DNA of 64,000 bases from Thermoplasmata archaeon (GCA_021844945.1 JAKBSJ010000002.1:38965-102964); one strand, 5' to 3'; positions 18,802 through 27,512 are shown, counted from the stretch's first letter. Translations and numbers: made by a program. The notes: generated by a model from the sequence alone, not told the origin.

Positions 18802-19652
18802 GGTTGCGCCGCCTCGAGGGCGAAGGAAAGGATCCGGTCGGCGATGTCGACCTGGGTCGTCGTTCCCTGAAGCGCCTTGAACTCAGGGGTAGGATTGACC
18901 TCGTGGACGACGTACCCCTTCGGGCCCTCCATCACATCGACCGCGAGAACGCCACCGCCCATCGCCCGCGCCGCGCGCCTCGCGAGCTCGGAGAGCTCGC
19001 CCGAGAGGGGCAGGGCTTCGGTCGTGGCCCCTCGGGCCGCGTTCGTCCGCCAGTGCGTCGAGCGGCGGACCATCCCCGCAATCGGCTCGTCGCCCACGAC
19101 TAGGATGCGCAGGTCCCGCTCGGGTTTGGGGACATGCTCCTGAACGTAGAAGATCGATTGGGTCGGAGACGGTAGCGCGCTCTTGTGTTCGAGGATCTGC
19201 TCCGCTTCCTCGCGGTCACGCACCCGCGCAATGAGGCGGCCCCACGAGCCGATCGGAGGCTTGAGGACCGCCGGATAACCGATGTCGTCCAGAGCGCGGA
19301 GCGCGGCATCTTCGGTGAGGGCAACGATCGTCCGAGGGGTGGGGATGCCGGCCCGGCTCAGCGCGAGGGAACCGAGGATCTTGTCCCCGGCACGCTCGGT
19401 GACTTCGGCATTGTTCACCGTCCTGACGCCGCCGCTCTCGAGGCAGCGCAGCGCGTAGAGCCCCCGGATGTGGCTCACCGACCGGTTGAGCACGAGATCG
19501 ACCGGGGGGGGCGCACCGCCGATCGGGAACAGCATCCCCTCGTCGTGCATCGGCTCGAGGGAGATCCCCCGGGCGCTCGCCGCAGCGAGCAGCCACTTTT
19601 CCTCGGGTCTCAGGATCGTGTAGAAGAGGCCGAGGCGGACGGGCTCACTCAC
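18798..19652 (-). CDS. lysX: RimK-type ATP-grasp ligase, LysX/ArgX (amino acid--LysW ligase)
   Basis: ATP-grasp fold of LysX length. Its GTG start overlaps the lysW stop (GGTGAGTGA). Confidence 0.8.
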   Translation of the reverse strand: MSEPVRLGLFYTILRPEEKWLLAAASARGISLEPMHDEGMLFPIGGAPPPVDLVLNRSVSHIRGLYALRCLESGGVRTVNNAEVTERAGDKILGSLALSRAGIPTPRTIVALTEDAALRALDDIGYPAVLKPPIGSWGRLIARVRDREEAEQILEHKSALPSPTQSIFYVQEHVPKPERDLRILVVGDEPIAGMVRRSTHWRTNAARGATTEALPLSGELSELARRAARAMGGGVLAVDVMEGPKGYVVHEVNPTPEFKALQGTTTQVDIADRILSFALEAAQP

Positions 19653-19806
19653 CCCAGTCTTCCGCTTCCTTCGGGGCGCGTTCGACGGTGATCGGTGCGG
19701 TCGCCAGAACCTCGAGCTCCGTCCCGCAGTCCCGGCAGGGGAAGATTTCGCCGGCGATCATCGCACCACAGTCGACCTGGGCGTCGCATTCCGGACAGTT
19801 GGTCAT
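19645..19806 (-). CDS. lysW: Amino-group carrier protein LysW (53 aa), absent from the ORF track
   Basis: Hand translation: MTNCPECDAQVDCGAMIAGEIFPCRDCGTELEVLATAPITVERAPKEAEDWGE*. It has a Cys4 zinc ribbon and the diagnostic C-terminal EDWGE tail. There is an ATGA overlap with the argH stop. Confidence 0.9.
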   Translation of the reverse strand: MTNCPECDAQVDCGAMIAGEIFPCRDCGTELEVLATAPITVERAPKEAEDWGE

Positions 19807-21236
19807 TTTCGTTCCTCGTTCAACAGCTCCTCTATGAGCTCGACGCGGTGGCCGAGCGAGGAGAGGGAAGGGCCGTGGGCCGCGAGGAGCTCGCGGGCCC
19901 GGTCGATCTGGACCCCCACCGAGGTCGGAGAGGGGCCGCCGGGGGTAGCGCGGCGCTCGAGGGCGTGCGCGGGATCGAAGAGCGAATCGGCGGCCGACCG
20001 CAGTGCCGGGAGAGCGCGGCGAGCGCTCGCGGACCCGATCGAGCCCTCGGTCCCGCGAACATAGGCCCCCACGGCTTCATGGGCCTCGCGGAACGGCGTC
20101 CCTTGCCGGACGAGTTCCTCGGCGAGATCGGTGGCCAAGAGCGCCGGGTCCGAGGCGGCCTCCGCCATCCGCGTGCGGTCGAATGCGAGGTCCTCGAAGG
20201 CGGAAGCGAGCGCGGCGAGCGTGAGGTCGATCGTCCGTACCGCATCCCGCACCGGAGCCTTGTCCTCCTGGAGATCGCGGTCGTAGGCGAGAGGGATCCC
20301 CTTGAGCGTCCCTAGCAGCGTGACGAGGTCCCCGGTGACGCGGGCGGCCTTGGCGCGGGCGAGCTCCGCGACGTCGGCGTTCCTCTTCTGAGGCATCAGG
20401 CTGCTGCCGGAGCCCACACGCTCGCCGGCGCGGGCGAAGCCGAATTCCGCGGTCGTCCATAGGACCCACTCCTCCCCGAGGACGCTCAGGTGCGTCGCGA
20501 GGAGAGCGAGGTCGAAGAGCAGCTCGGCGAACGGGTCTCGGTCGCTCACCGCGTCCAGCGAGTTCTCGAACGCGCGGTCGAAACCGAGACGACGGGCGAC
20601 CCAAGCGGGATCGATCGGCAGCGTGGAGCCGGCGAGCGCCCCCGCTCCGAGCGGGGAGACGTTCGCGCGCCGCTCCGTGGCGAGCAGGCGGTCGAGGTCC
20701 CTCTCGAGGCGCCAGAAGTGGGCGAGGAGGTGGTGGGCGAGGCTAACGGGCTGCGCGCGCTGGAGGTGCGTGTACCCCGGCAAAAGGGTCCCTTGCTCGC
20801 CCGCCGCGTGGTCGACGAGCATCCGCTGGAACGACTCGAGCAACTGGGTGGTCCCGTAGACGACCTCGCGGAGGTACAGGCGCTCATCGAGCGCAACCTG
20901 ATCGTTGCGGCTCCGAGCCGTGTGAAGGCGGCCGCCGGCCGGCCCGATGAGCTGGGTCAGGCGGACCTCGATGTTGGTATGAACGTCCTCAAGATCGTCG
21001 CGCCACGGGAACGAGCCGTGGGCGATCTCCCGGTGAATCGCCCGAAGGCCCCCGATGATACGGCGCGCATCCTCCTTCGAGACCAGACCCACCCGCTCCA
21101 GCATCTCGGTATGGACGATGCTGCCGGCGAGATCGACTCGTGCCAACGCGCGGTCGACGTCGAGCGAGCGCAGGAACTCGCCGCCGCCGGTTCGGACGTA
21201 GCTCGGCGACGTGGACGCCACGGTGGGAGCGGTCAA
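19803..21236 (-). CDS. argH: Argininosuccinate lyase
   Basis: Fumarate-lyase signature GSSLMPQKRNAD and overall ArgH-like sequence. Confidence 0.9.
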   Translation of the reverse strand: MTAPTVASTSPSYVRTGGGEFLRSLDVDRALARVDLAGSIVHTEMLERVGLVSKEDARRIIGGLRAIHREIAHGSFPWRDDLEDVHTNIEVRLTQLIGPAGGRLHTARSRNDQVALDERLYLREVVYGTTQLLESFQRMLVDHAAGEQGTLLPGYTHLQRAQPVSLAHHLLAHFWRLERDLDRLLATERRANVSPLGAGALAGSTLPIDPAWVARRLGFDRAFENSLDAVSDRDPFAELLFDLALLATHLSVLGEEWVLWTTAEFGFARAGERVGSGSSLMPQKRNADVAELARAKAARVTGDLVTLLGTLKGIPLAYDRDLQEDKAPVRDAVRTIDLTLAALASAFEDLAFDRTRMAEAASDPALLATDLAEELVRQGTPFREAHEAVGAYVRGTEGSIGSASARRALPALRSAADSLFDPAHALERRATPGGPSPTSVGVQIDRARELLAAHGPSLSSLGHRVELIEELLNEERK

Positions 21237-21248
21237 CGTGCCTCGCTC

Positions 21249-22493
21249 TCAGCGCGATGTCCGGCGTTGGCGAGGAACGGTCGCGGTCGCAGGGCGAGAC
21301 TTCTGCTCCCCGACGGCCGCCCAGGTGCGGCTCGGGAGCCCCCAGACGTAGATGAACCCCTCCGCGCTCGACGCGTTGAACCGGTCCCCTTCGGAGTAGG
21401 TGGCCAGATCGTGGCGGTAGAGGGCGTAGGGGCTCGTCCGCCCCGAGACGCGGGATGAGCCCTTGTAGAGTTTCATCGCGACCTCGCCGGTCACCCGTTC
21501 CTGGGTCGACGCGACGAAGGCGTCGATCGCCGTGCGCAAGGGCGTGTACCAGAGGCCGTCGTAGATCAGCTGGGAGTAGCGGAGCTCTCCCACGTGTTTG
21601 AAGTCGAGAAGATCCCGGGGAAGGACCAGCGCCTCGAGTGCCTGATGCGCGGCGAGAAGGACCGTGGCCGCGGGACACTCGTACACCTCGCGCGACTTGA
21701 TTCCGACCAGGCGAGATTCGAGGTGGTCGATCCGGCCCACGCCGTGCTTGCCGGCCGTGCGGTTGAGCTGCTCGATGATCGCACGAAGGCCCATGCGCAC
21801 TCCGTTGAGGTGGGTTGGCGCCCCATGCTCGAACCCGATACGCACGTGCTCGGGATCGTCGGGTGCGGTGAGCGGAGACTGCGTCCAGTCGTATACCTCC
21901 TCGGGAGGTTCGATCGCGGGATCCTCGAGCACCCCGCACTCGACCGAGCGGCCCCAGAGGTTCTCGTCCGTGCTGTACGGGGAGGACTTCTTCGCGATGA
22001 CCGGAACGTTGTGGGCTGCCGCGTAGGCAATCTCCTCGTCGCGGGTCATACCCCACTCGCGGGCGGGAGCAATGACCTTGAGTTCGGGAGCAAGGGCAGT
22101 GGTGGAGAGGTCGAAACGGACCTGGTCGTTCCCCTTGCCAGTACAGCCGTGGGCGATGTGGGTCGCGCCCTCCTTGCGGGCCACCGCGACCAGGTGCTTG
22201 CCGATCAGCGGGCGAGCGAGGGCGGTGCTCAGGGGATAGACCCCCTCGTAGATCGCGTTCGCGGCGATTGCGGGGAGGAGATAGTCCCGGGCGAACTCCT
22301 CGCGCGCGTCCACGATGTAGGCGCGGCGAGCCCCGGAGGCAAGTGCCTTCTTGCGGACGGCTTGCAGGTCGACGGGCTGCCCGACGTGGACCGTTAGGGC
22401 GATGACCTCGAAACCGCGCTCCTTGAGCCACGGGATAGCAACAGAAGTGTCCAGTCCTCCCGAATACGCGAGGACAACTCTAGGGGAACTCAT
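21249..22493 (-). CDS. argG: Argininosuccinate synthase
   Basis: Start moved to MSSPRVVLAYSGGLDTS (ATG 22493). The 66 upstream codons of the track ORF run through the AT-rich promoter region. Confidence 0.9.
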   Translation of the reverse strand: MSSPRVVLAYSGGLDTSVAIPWLKERGFEVIALTVHVGQPVDLQAVRKKALASGARRAYIVDAREEFARDYLLPAIAANAIYEGVYPLSTALARPLIGKHLVAVARKEGATHIAHGCTGKGNDQVRFDLSTTALAPELKVIAPAREWGMTRDEEIAYAAAHNVPVIAKKSSPYSTDENLWGRSVECGVLEDPAIEPPEEVYDWTQSPLTAPDDPEHVRIGFEHGAPTHLNGVRMGLRAIIEQLNRTAGKHGVGRIDHLESRLVGIKSREVYECPAATVLLAAHQALEALVLPRDLLDFKHVGELRYSQLIYDGLWYTPLRTAIDAFVASTQERVTGEVAMKLYKGSSRVSGRTSPYALYRHDLATYSEGDRFNASSAEGFIYVWGLPSRTWAAVGEQKSRPATATVPRQRRTSR

Positions 22494-22559
22494 CTCGATC
22501 GATCTTGAGCAGGGTTGACAACCACCGTCAGGTATTTGTACCGTGTGACCATCTTTGAA

Positions 22560-22587
22560 CAAAAACGGACACATGTGTTCGTTTTTG
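22560..22587. promoter_or_regulatory. 28-bp imperfect inverted repeat (candidate operator) between argG and the HTH-ACT gene
   Basis: In caaaaacggacacatgtgttcgtttttg, 13 of 14 arm positions are complementary and the core ACACATGTGT is perfect. It is flanked by direct TTTGAAC copies (22554-22560, 22584-22590) and ends 6 nt before ATG 22593. Confidence 0.5.
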
Positions 22588-22592
22588 AACGT

Positions 22593-23243
22593 ATGGCTTC
22601 GGAAGACCGGTCGACGGCCCAGGACGTCCGCGCATGGATCGACGGACACCCGGTCGTCGTCGAAGCCTTGCGGCTGGGAATCGCGAACCACTCCGCCCTG
22701 GCTCGCCGGATCGCGGAAGACCTAGGCTCGAGCCGGCTACCGGCGATCCGGGCGGCGTGCCGCCGCTACCCACCGCGGGGGGATCAAGGGTTCCAAGAGC
22801 GCTCGCTCACCCGGCTGCTGGCCAAGAGCCGTATCGAGACCCGAACGAAGGTCGCGGCGGTCACCGTCACCGAAGGCGTGGACGTTCTACAGCGTTTGGG
22901 CGACATCGTGGAGGAGATCCTGGACGAGAACCAGATCTGCCGCCTCATCCAGGTCTCTCGCGGCACGGTGATCGTTGTCGACGAGGACTCCGTGGGTCGG
23001 TTCGTCAAACGCCTTCGCGAGAACCAGATCCTTTCGATCCACCGGGGGCTTGTCGAACTCGCGGTCACGAGCCCGGTGAGCATCGAGGCCACTACGGGCC
23101 TTCTCGCCCGGCTCGCCTCGGTCCTCTCCTCACGTGGGATCAACATCGTCGAGGCGATGAGCTGCTACACGGACACGATCTTCGTTCTGGACCGGGGCGA
23201 CATGGCGAGCGCGGTAGATGCGCTCGCGAACGTCCTTGCCTAG
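22593..23243 (+). CDS. HTH-like N-terminal domain plus C-terminal ACT-domain protein (putative amino-acid-responsive regulator)
   Basis: Start moved to MASEDRST (ATG 22593). HTH-like segment GIANHSALARRIAEDLG. The C-terminus LLARLASVLSSRGINIVEAMSCYTDTIFVL resembles an ACT fold. Divergent from argG. Confidence 0.5.
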   Translation: MASEDRSTAQDVRAWIDGHPVVVEALRLGIANHSALARRIAEDLGSSRLPAIRAACRRYPPRGDQGFQERSLTRLLAKSRIETRTKVAAVTVTEGVDVLQRLGDIVEEILDENQICRLIQVSRGTVIVVDEDSVGRFVKRLRENQILSIHRGLVELAVTSPVSIEATTGLLARLASVLSSRGINIVEAMSCYTDTIFVLDRGDMASAVDALANVLA

Positions 23244-24235
23244 CCGGCCGCGCTCGGGGCGTGGGCAGGGGCGGGCAGGGCCCGCGCGATCGCCTCGAGG
23301 ATTGGGATGACGAGGGGGAGGTGCCGGGCGGAGATCTGTTCCACGTTGACGCCTAGGAGGAGCCGGGGTGCCCTGGCTGCCACACCCCGCCGGATTTGTT
23401 CGTAGACCTGAACCGCTCGCGATGTCGACGCCTCGGCCCCGGCGGTCCCGCCCAACTCGGCCGCGGCGAGCACCGCGTCCTCGACGGCGAGAGGGACCTC
23501 GGCACCGAGCCAACGAACGAATTCCACGTCCGCCTCGTCGGCGAGAGGAGCGAGGCTGAGGAGCACGGGCGCGGGTGCGATCGCCGACGCCGCGCAGCGC
23601 TCGCCGTACGCGACGAGGGTCGCGAGCGCAGGTTCGGCGTCGTAAATGATCTGGGTCGTGAAGAAGCTACACCCGGCCTTCGTTTTCGCGAGCATCCGAT
23701 CCGCCTCGCCCATGCGCTGCGGAATCGCGACGTTCCCGATCCCACCCCCCGCGCGGGCGAAGACTGGTTCGCAGACGCGGTTCGCCTCGATCACCGGGGG
23801 GCCGGGATAGGGGATGAAGCGGGAGTTACCACCAATCAGGACGGCGTGCCGGACGCCGAGGCCGGTCGTCTCCTCCGCCCATCGCCGTACATGCTCGGCG
23901 TCCGTGAGATGCGCAACGACCTTGTTGACGATGCCGAGCCGGCCGGTGCGCTCGGCGATCCGACGGGTGTAGAGCCGAGGATCGGACGTACGGTAGTACG
24001 GACGCCCGTCGTGATTCTCATCGAGAAGCTCGGGCACGTTGATCGCGTCGATACGCGGGATCTGCTCGACGACCTGTGCGACGGCCTCGAACTGGCGATC
24101 CGCCGACGCAGGAGATAGGCGAGCGGAGGGGGGAACGGGCTCGAAGAAGAGCGGAGCGTGCACGAAGGCTGATCTAGCGTGGGGAGTCATCGGGACATTC
24201 CTCGATCGGCACCGGAAGTCGTGCGAGTCGCTCAT
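23240..24235 (-). CDS. Methylenetetrahydrofolate reductase-like protein
   Basis: TIM-barrel-like ORF with an FFTTQIIYD block resembling the MetF FITQ.FFD motif. The real start may be the internal Met at about 24190. Confidence 0.5.
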   Translation of the reverse strand: MSDSHDFRCRSRNVPMTPHARSAFVHAPLFFEPVPPSARLSPASADRQFEAVAQVVEQIPRIDAINVPELLDENHDGRPYYRTSDPRLYTRRIAERTGRLGIVNKVVAHLTDAEHVRRWAEETTGLGVRHAVLIGGNSRFIPYPGPPVIEANRVCEPVFARAGGGIGNVAIPQRMGEADRMLAKTKAGCSFFTTQIIYDAEPALATLVAYGERCAASAIAPAPVLLSLAPLADEADVEFVRWLGAEVPLAVEDAVLAAAELGGTAGAEASTSRAVQVYEQIRRGVAARAPRLLLGVNVEQISARHLPLVIPILEAIARALPAPAHAPSAAG

Positions 24236-24312
24236 AGGCTTTCGTCCGGCGGGCGCTCTTACATACTGCGTAACCGCCGCGCGGACGGGGTAACCTCTAA
24301 CTTCAAACTACG

Positions 24313-25158
24313 ATGGGGTGTGCGCCCTGCGTGCTGCCGGCCAAGCGCTCGGGGACGGTTTCTGGCCTCCGCCTAGGGGATCCTCGGGCGCGCGTACATA
24401 TCGCCGCCGTGGGGTTCGAGGTTGAGCGGGTCACCGAGCCGATCCAGATCGACCGGGCCGACCGGGTCTATCTCCTGACACGCTCCGAGCACGACGACGC
24501 GGCGCCGTTCGTCGCCGAGGCCGAACGCCGGCTCCGAGCCGCCTCCTGGCCCGTGGAAGTGCGGGTGGTCCGGACGGACATCTGGGATGTTTTCGGCGCC
24601 CTCGCGGTCTATCGGAAGATCTTCGAGTCCGAACGTCGGCTTGACCGACATCAGGACGGCGTTGTGCCGCTCCGAGTGAATGTGTCCACCGGGACCAAGA
24701 TCACCGCCATCGCAGGAACGCTGGCCTGCATGCTGTGGAAGGGGGAGCCGTACTACGTCCGCGTCTCCCGGGCCTGGTACTCGGACCGATCGCCAAAGGT
24801 CCGGGCGGTGAACGACGTGATCCGGGAGATCGACCCGGTCGGCGTCTATGAGCTGCGACAGCCTGGCCCCGAGCTCGTCGGGGTACTGGAAGCCCTCCAA
24901 CGGCGGGGCGGAACGCTCCGCAAGCACGAGTTGATCCGCGAGCTCGGGCTGGACCGACCCTCGGAAGGGGGAGCGCCCACCTCTCCGCAGACCCGGCACG
25001 GCCGCCTACGACGGCGCCTCGAGCCACTGGAGCGGAGATGGGGGTTCGTACGAACCGATGTCGGCGGTCCGCGCGGACAAGTTCACCTCACCGAGCAGGG
25101 GCGCGTCGCGCTCGTCCTCTTTGGAAGTTCCGGGATGTCGACGGAAGACACGGAATAA
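24313..25158 (+). CDS. HFX_2341/DUF6293-like transcriptional regulator: Csa3/CARF-like Rossmann N-domain plus C-terminal winged helix
   Basis: The N-terminal RVHIAAVGFEVERV...DRVYLLT and NVSTGTKITAIAG blocks recall Csa3-type ligand-binding domains. The C-terminal LEALQRRGGTLRKHELIRELGL...VHLTEQGR looks like a wHTH. Start is uncertain (ATG 24313 or GTG 24331). Confidence 0.45.
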   Translation: MGCAPCVLPAKRSGTVSGLRLGDPRARVHIAAVGFEVERVTEPIQIDRADRVYLLTRSEHDDAAPFVAEAERRLRAASWPVEVRVVRTDIWDVFGALAVYRKIFESERRLDRHQDGVVPLRVNVSTGTKITAIAGTLACMLWKGEPYYVRVSRAWYSDRSPKVRAVNDVIREIDPVGVYELRQPGPELVGVLEALQRRGGTLRKHELIRELGLDRPSEGGAPTSPQTRHGRLRRRLEPLERRWGFVRTDVGGPRGQVHLTEQGRVALVLFGSSGMSTEDTE

Positions 25159-25163
25159 ACGAT

Positions 25164-25175
25164 TGTAACGTTACA
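25164..25175. promoter_or_regulatory. Perfect 12-bp palindrome TGTAACGTTACA in an AT-rich patch
   Basis: Lies 6 nt after the regulator stop codon and about 270 nt upstream of the ABC ATPase start. The surrounding aataaacgattgtaacgttacattgtctaag is the only AT-rich stretch of the gap. Confidence 0.35.
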
Positions 25176-25203
25176 TTGTCTAAGTACCTCCGCGATGATA
25201 GAG

Positions 25204-25288
25204 GTCTCGTGCAGCGGAGGGGTGGTCGGGCGATCGGGAGCCCGCAGGGGCTCGCGACCCCGATTCCGGCCGAGCGGGTGCACGAGAC
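25204..25288 (+). other. Candidate structured RNA leader (10-bp closing helix with a nested hairpin)
   Basis: gtctcgtgca (25204-25213) is perfectly complementary to tgcacgagac (25279-25288). A nested perfect hairpin gagccc-gcag-gggctc lies at 25238-25253. No convincing ORF lies between 25159 and 25446. Confidence 0.3.
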
Positions 25289-25446
25289 GACCCACAGGTC
25301 GTGGCCGATGCCGTGCCGGAGCGCGCCGAGCCCTCCTCCACCCCCCTCCTTCCCGAGGCCGGGCCCCCCTCCCCGGCCCGGGGAGCATGCCTTCGCTCCG
25401 GGCGTTGGAGTGTAGACTTCATACAAGGCAGCCGCTCGGCCCCACG

Positions 25447-26397
25447 ATGGCCGACGCGATCGCGGTTGAGGGCCTGACCAAGAACTACGGCAGCCTCGCC
25501 GCGGTCGATAACATCAGCTTCCGTGTGCCCGCCGGAAGCGTCTTTGCGTTTCTCGGCCCGAACGGTGCCGGCAAGACTACGACCACCGAGATCCTCGAAG
25601 GGCTGCGTGCTCGGTCGAAGGGAAGCGTGCAGGTGCTCGGGCTGGACCCGTGGGATGAGGGGCGCCCCCTTCATCGACAGATTGGCGTCATCCCGCAGGA
25701 CTTCCGTTTCTTCGAGAAGATCACGCCCCGCGAGTCAATCGATTACTATAGTACCCTGTTCGGAACCCACTCGGATCCCGCCGCTTTGTTGGAACGGGTG
25801 AAGCTCTCGGACAAGGCGGACTCCCGCTTCGACACCCTGAGCGGAGGGCAGAAGCAGAAGCTCGGGCTCGCGCTGTCCTTGGTCAACGATCCCCGCATCT
25901 GCTTTCTGGATGAGCCGACAACCGGACTGGACCCCACCGCCCGCCGAGCGATCTGGGATGTCGTCCGGGAACTGCGCAGGGAGGGTCGGACGGTCTTCCT
26001 TACGACCCACTATCTCGAAGAGGCCGAGATCCTCGCGGACCGCGTCGCGATCATCAACCACGGACAGATCGTCGCGGCCGGATCCCCCGCCGAAATCATC
26101 GACCGGCTGGGCGGCCCGGCTCGCCTGAGGATCGTCGCAGGCTCGGACGTCGCCGATTTCGTCCGCTCTCGTTTCCCGAACGAGGTCCGACGGGAGGGGG
26201 ACCATATCGACGTCGTGCTGCGCGATCGCGAGGACGCGCTCGCCATATTGGAGGCGGTCCAGGAGAGTCGGCTCGCCTGGACCGGCTTCACCACGGTCCG
26301 CGACACGCTCGAGGATGTGTTCGTGCGCCTGGTCGGTCGGATGGATGACGGCGTCCTGAAGACCTCGGACGGGACCACGGCGGAGGCGAGCGCATGA
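25447..26397 (+). CDS. ABC transporter ATP-binding protein (ABC-2 type)
   Basis: Start moved to MADAIAVEGLTKNYG (ATG 25447). Walker A FLGPNGAGKTTT, signature LSGGQKQKLGLA, Walker B ICFLDEPTTGLD. Confidence 0.85.
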   Translation: MADAIAVEGLTKNYGSLAAVDNISFRVPAGSVFAFLGPNGAGKTTTTEILEGLRARSKGSVQVLGLDPWDEGRPLHRQIGVIPQDFRFFEKITPRESIDYYSTLFGTHSDPAALLERVKLSDKADSRFDTLSGGQKQKLGLALSLVNDPRICFLDEPTTGLDPTARRAIWDVVRELRREGRTVFLTTHYLEEAEILADRVAIINHGQIVAAGSPAEIIDRLGGPARLRIVAGSDVADFVRSRFPNEVRREGDHIDVVLRDREDALAILEAVQESRLAWTGFTTVRDTLEDVFVRLVGRMDDGVLKTSDGTTAEASA

Positions 26398-27512
26398 ACG
26401 GGCGCCGAATCCTCGCCGACCTCAAGGTCACCGCAAGGGGATACTTGCGCAACCCGATCGCCTTGTTCTTCTCGCTCATCTTCCCGCTGATCCTCATCCT
26501 GCTCTTCGGGCTGATCTTCGCAAACACCGGCGCGACCGCGGCGACGCTCTACACCGAGAACTTCGACCACGCGAGCCCGGTCAGTCAGGAGTTCCTATCC
26601 GGACTGAACCAGACCCACCTCGTCACGGTCCAGGTGATCAACACGTCGACCGGGAACCTAGCGGTGTGGCTCGGGCAGAACGACAACCCCGTGGGTCTCG
26701 TCATCCCCGCGGGCTTTGGCCAGAATTATACCCATCATATCGCGACCAACGTCACCCTCTATGTCAACCCCCAGGACGCGGGCGCGGCGGGTAGCGCGGA
26801 GGGAGCGGTGCAGGCGGTCGAAAACGAATTCAACCTGCGCGCGGCCTGCCAGAGCACGAACGGGACCTGCTCCCCCGTGCTCGGTTACATCCCGCAGAGC
26901 GTCGGCAAGACGTACTTCACCTACATCGATTACCTCGTTCCCGGCCTGATCGGCTTCTCGATCCTCACGAGCCCGATGTTCTCGATGGTCGACGTCACGA
27001 GCAGCTACCGTAAGGAAGGGATCTTCCGGCAGCTCTCCCTCACCCCGCTCACCCGAGATGAGTGGCTCGCCTCGCGCGTGATCTGGTACACGATCCTCAC
27101 GTTCCTCGCCGCTGCCATCATGCTCGGTTTCGGGATCGGGGTCTTCGGTGCGAAGGTCACGATCTCGGTCTGGATGGTCCCCTTCCTGCTCGTCGGGCCC
27201 CTCTTGTTCGTCTCGCTGGGGATGCTGGCCGGCTCAATCGCTCGGACCCCCGAGAGCGCGGCGGTCATCGGGAACATCATCACGTTCCCCATGATGTTTC
27301 TCGCCGGGACGTTCTTCCCGGTGTCGGAGTTCTCGCCCGGCCTCCAGGTCGTCGCGAAGGTCCTTCCGCTCTACTACGTGATCGACGGGATGAACCAGGT
27401 CCTCCTGTTCCAGAACTACGCGAGGGCCCTGACCGACTTCGTGATCGTCCTGGGCATCGCCGTCGTCTTTTTCGCCGCCGCGGTCTACCTGTTCCGGTGG
27501 AAAGGCGAGTGA
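26394..27512 (+). CDS. ABC-2 type transporter permease with a large extracytoplasmic loop
   Basis: One N-terminal TM, a soluble loop of about 150 aa with N-x-S/T sequons, then 5 TM helices. 4-nt overlap with the ATPase gene. Confidence 0.7.
   Translation: MNGRRILADLKVTARGYLRNPIALFFSLIFPLILILLFGLIFANTGATAATLYTENFDHASPVSQEFLSGLNQTHLVTVQVINTSTGNLAVWLGQNDNPVGLVIPAGFGQNYTHHIATNVTLYVNPQDAGAAGSAEGAVQAVENEFNLRAACQSTNGTCSPVLGYIPQSVGKTYFTYIDYLVPGLIGFSILTSPMFSMVDVTSSYRKEGIFRQLSLTPLTRDEWLASRVIWYTILTFLAAAIMLGFGIGVFGAKVTISVWMVPFLLVGPLLFVSLGMLAGSIARTPESAAVIGNIITFPMMFLAGTFFPVSEFSPGLQVVAKVLPLYYVIDGMNQVLLFQNYARALTDFVIVLGIAVVFFAAAVYLFRWKGE

Noticed and set aside
20989-22431. 480-aa minus-strand ORF overlapping argG and argH.
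   Set aside because: It is an alternative frame of argG with an Arg/Pro/Gly-rich translation. The neighbouring frame carries the AYSGGLDTS argininosuccinate synthase motif.
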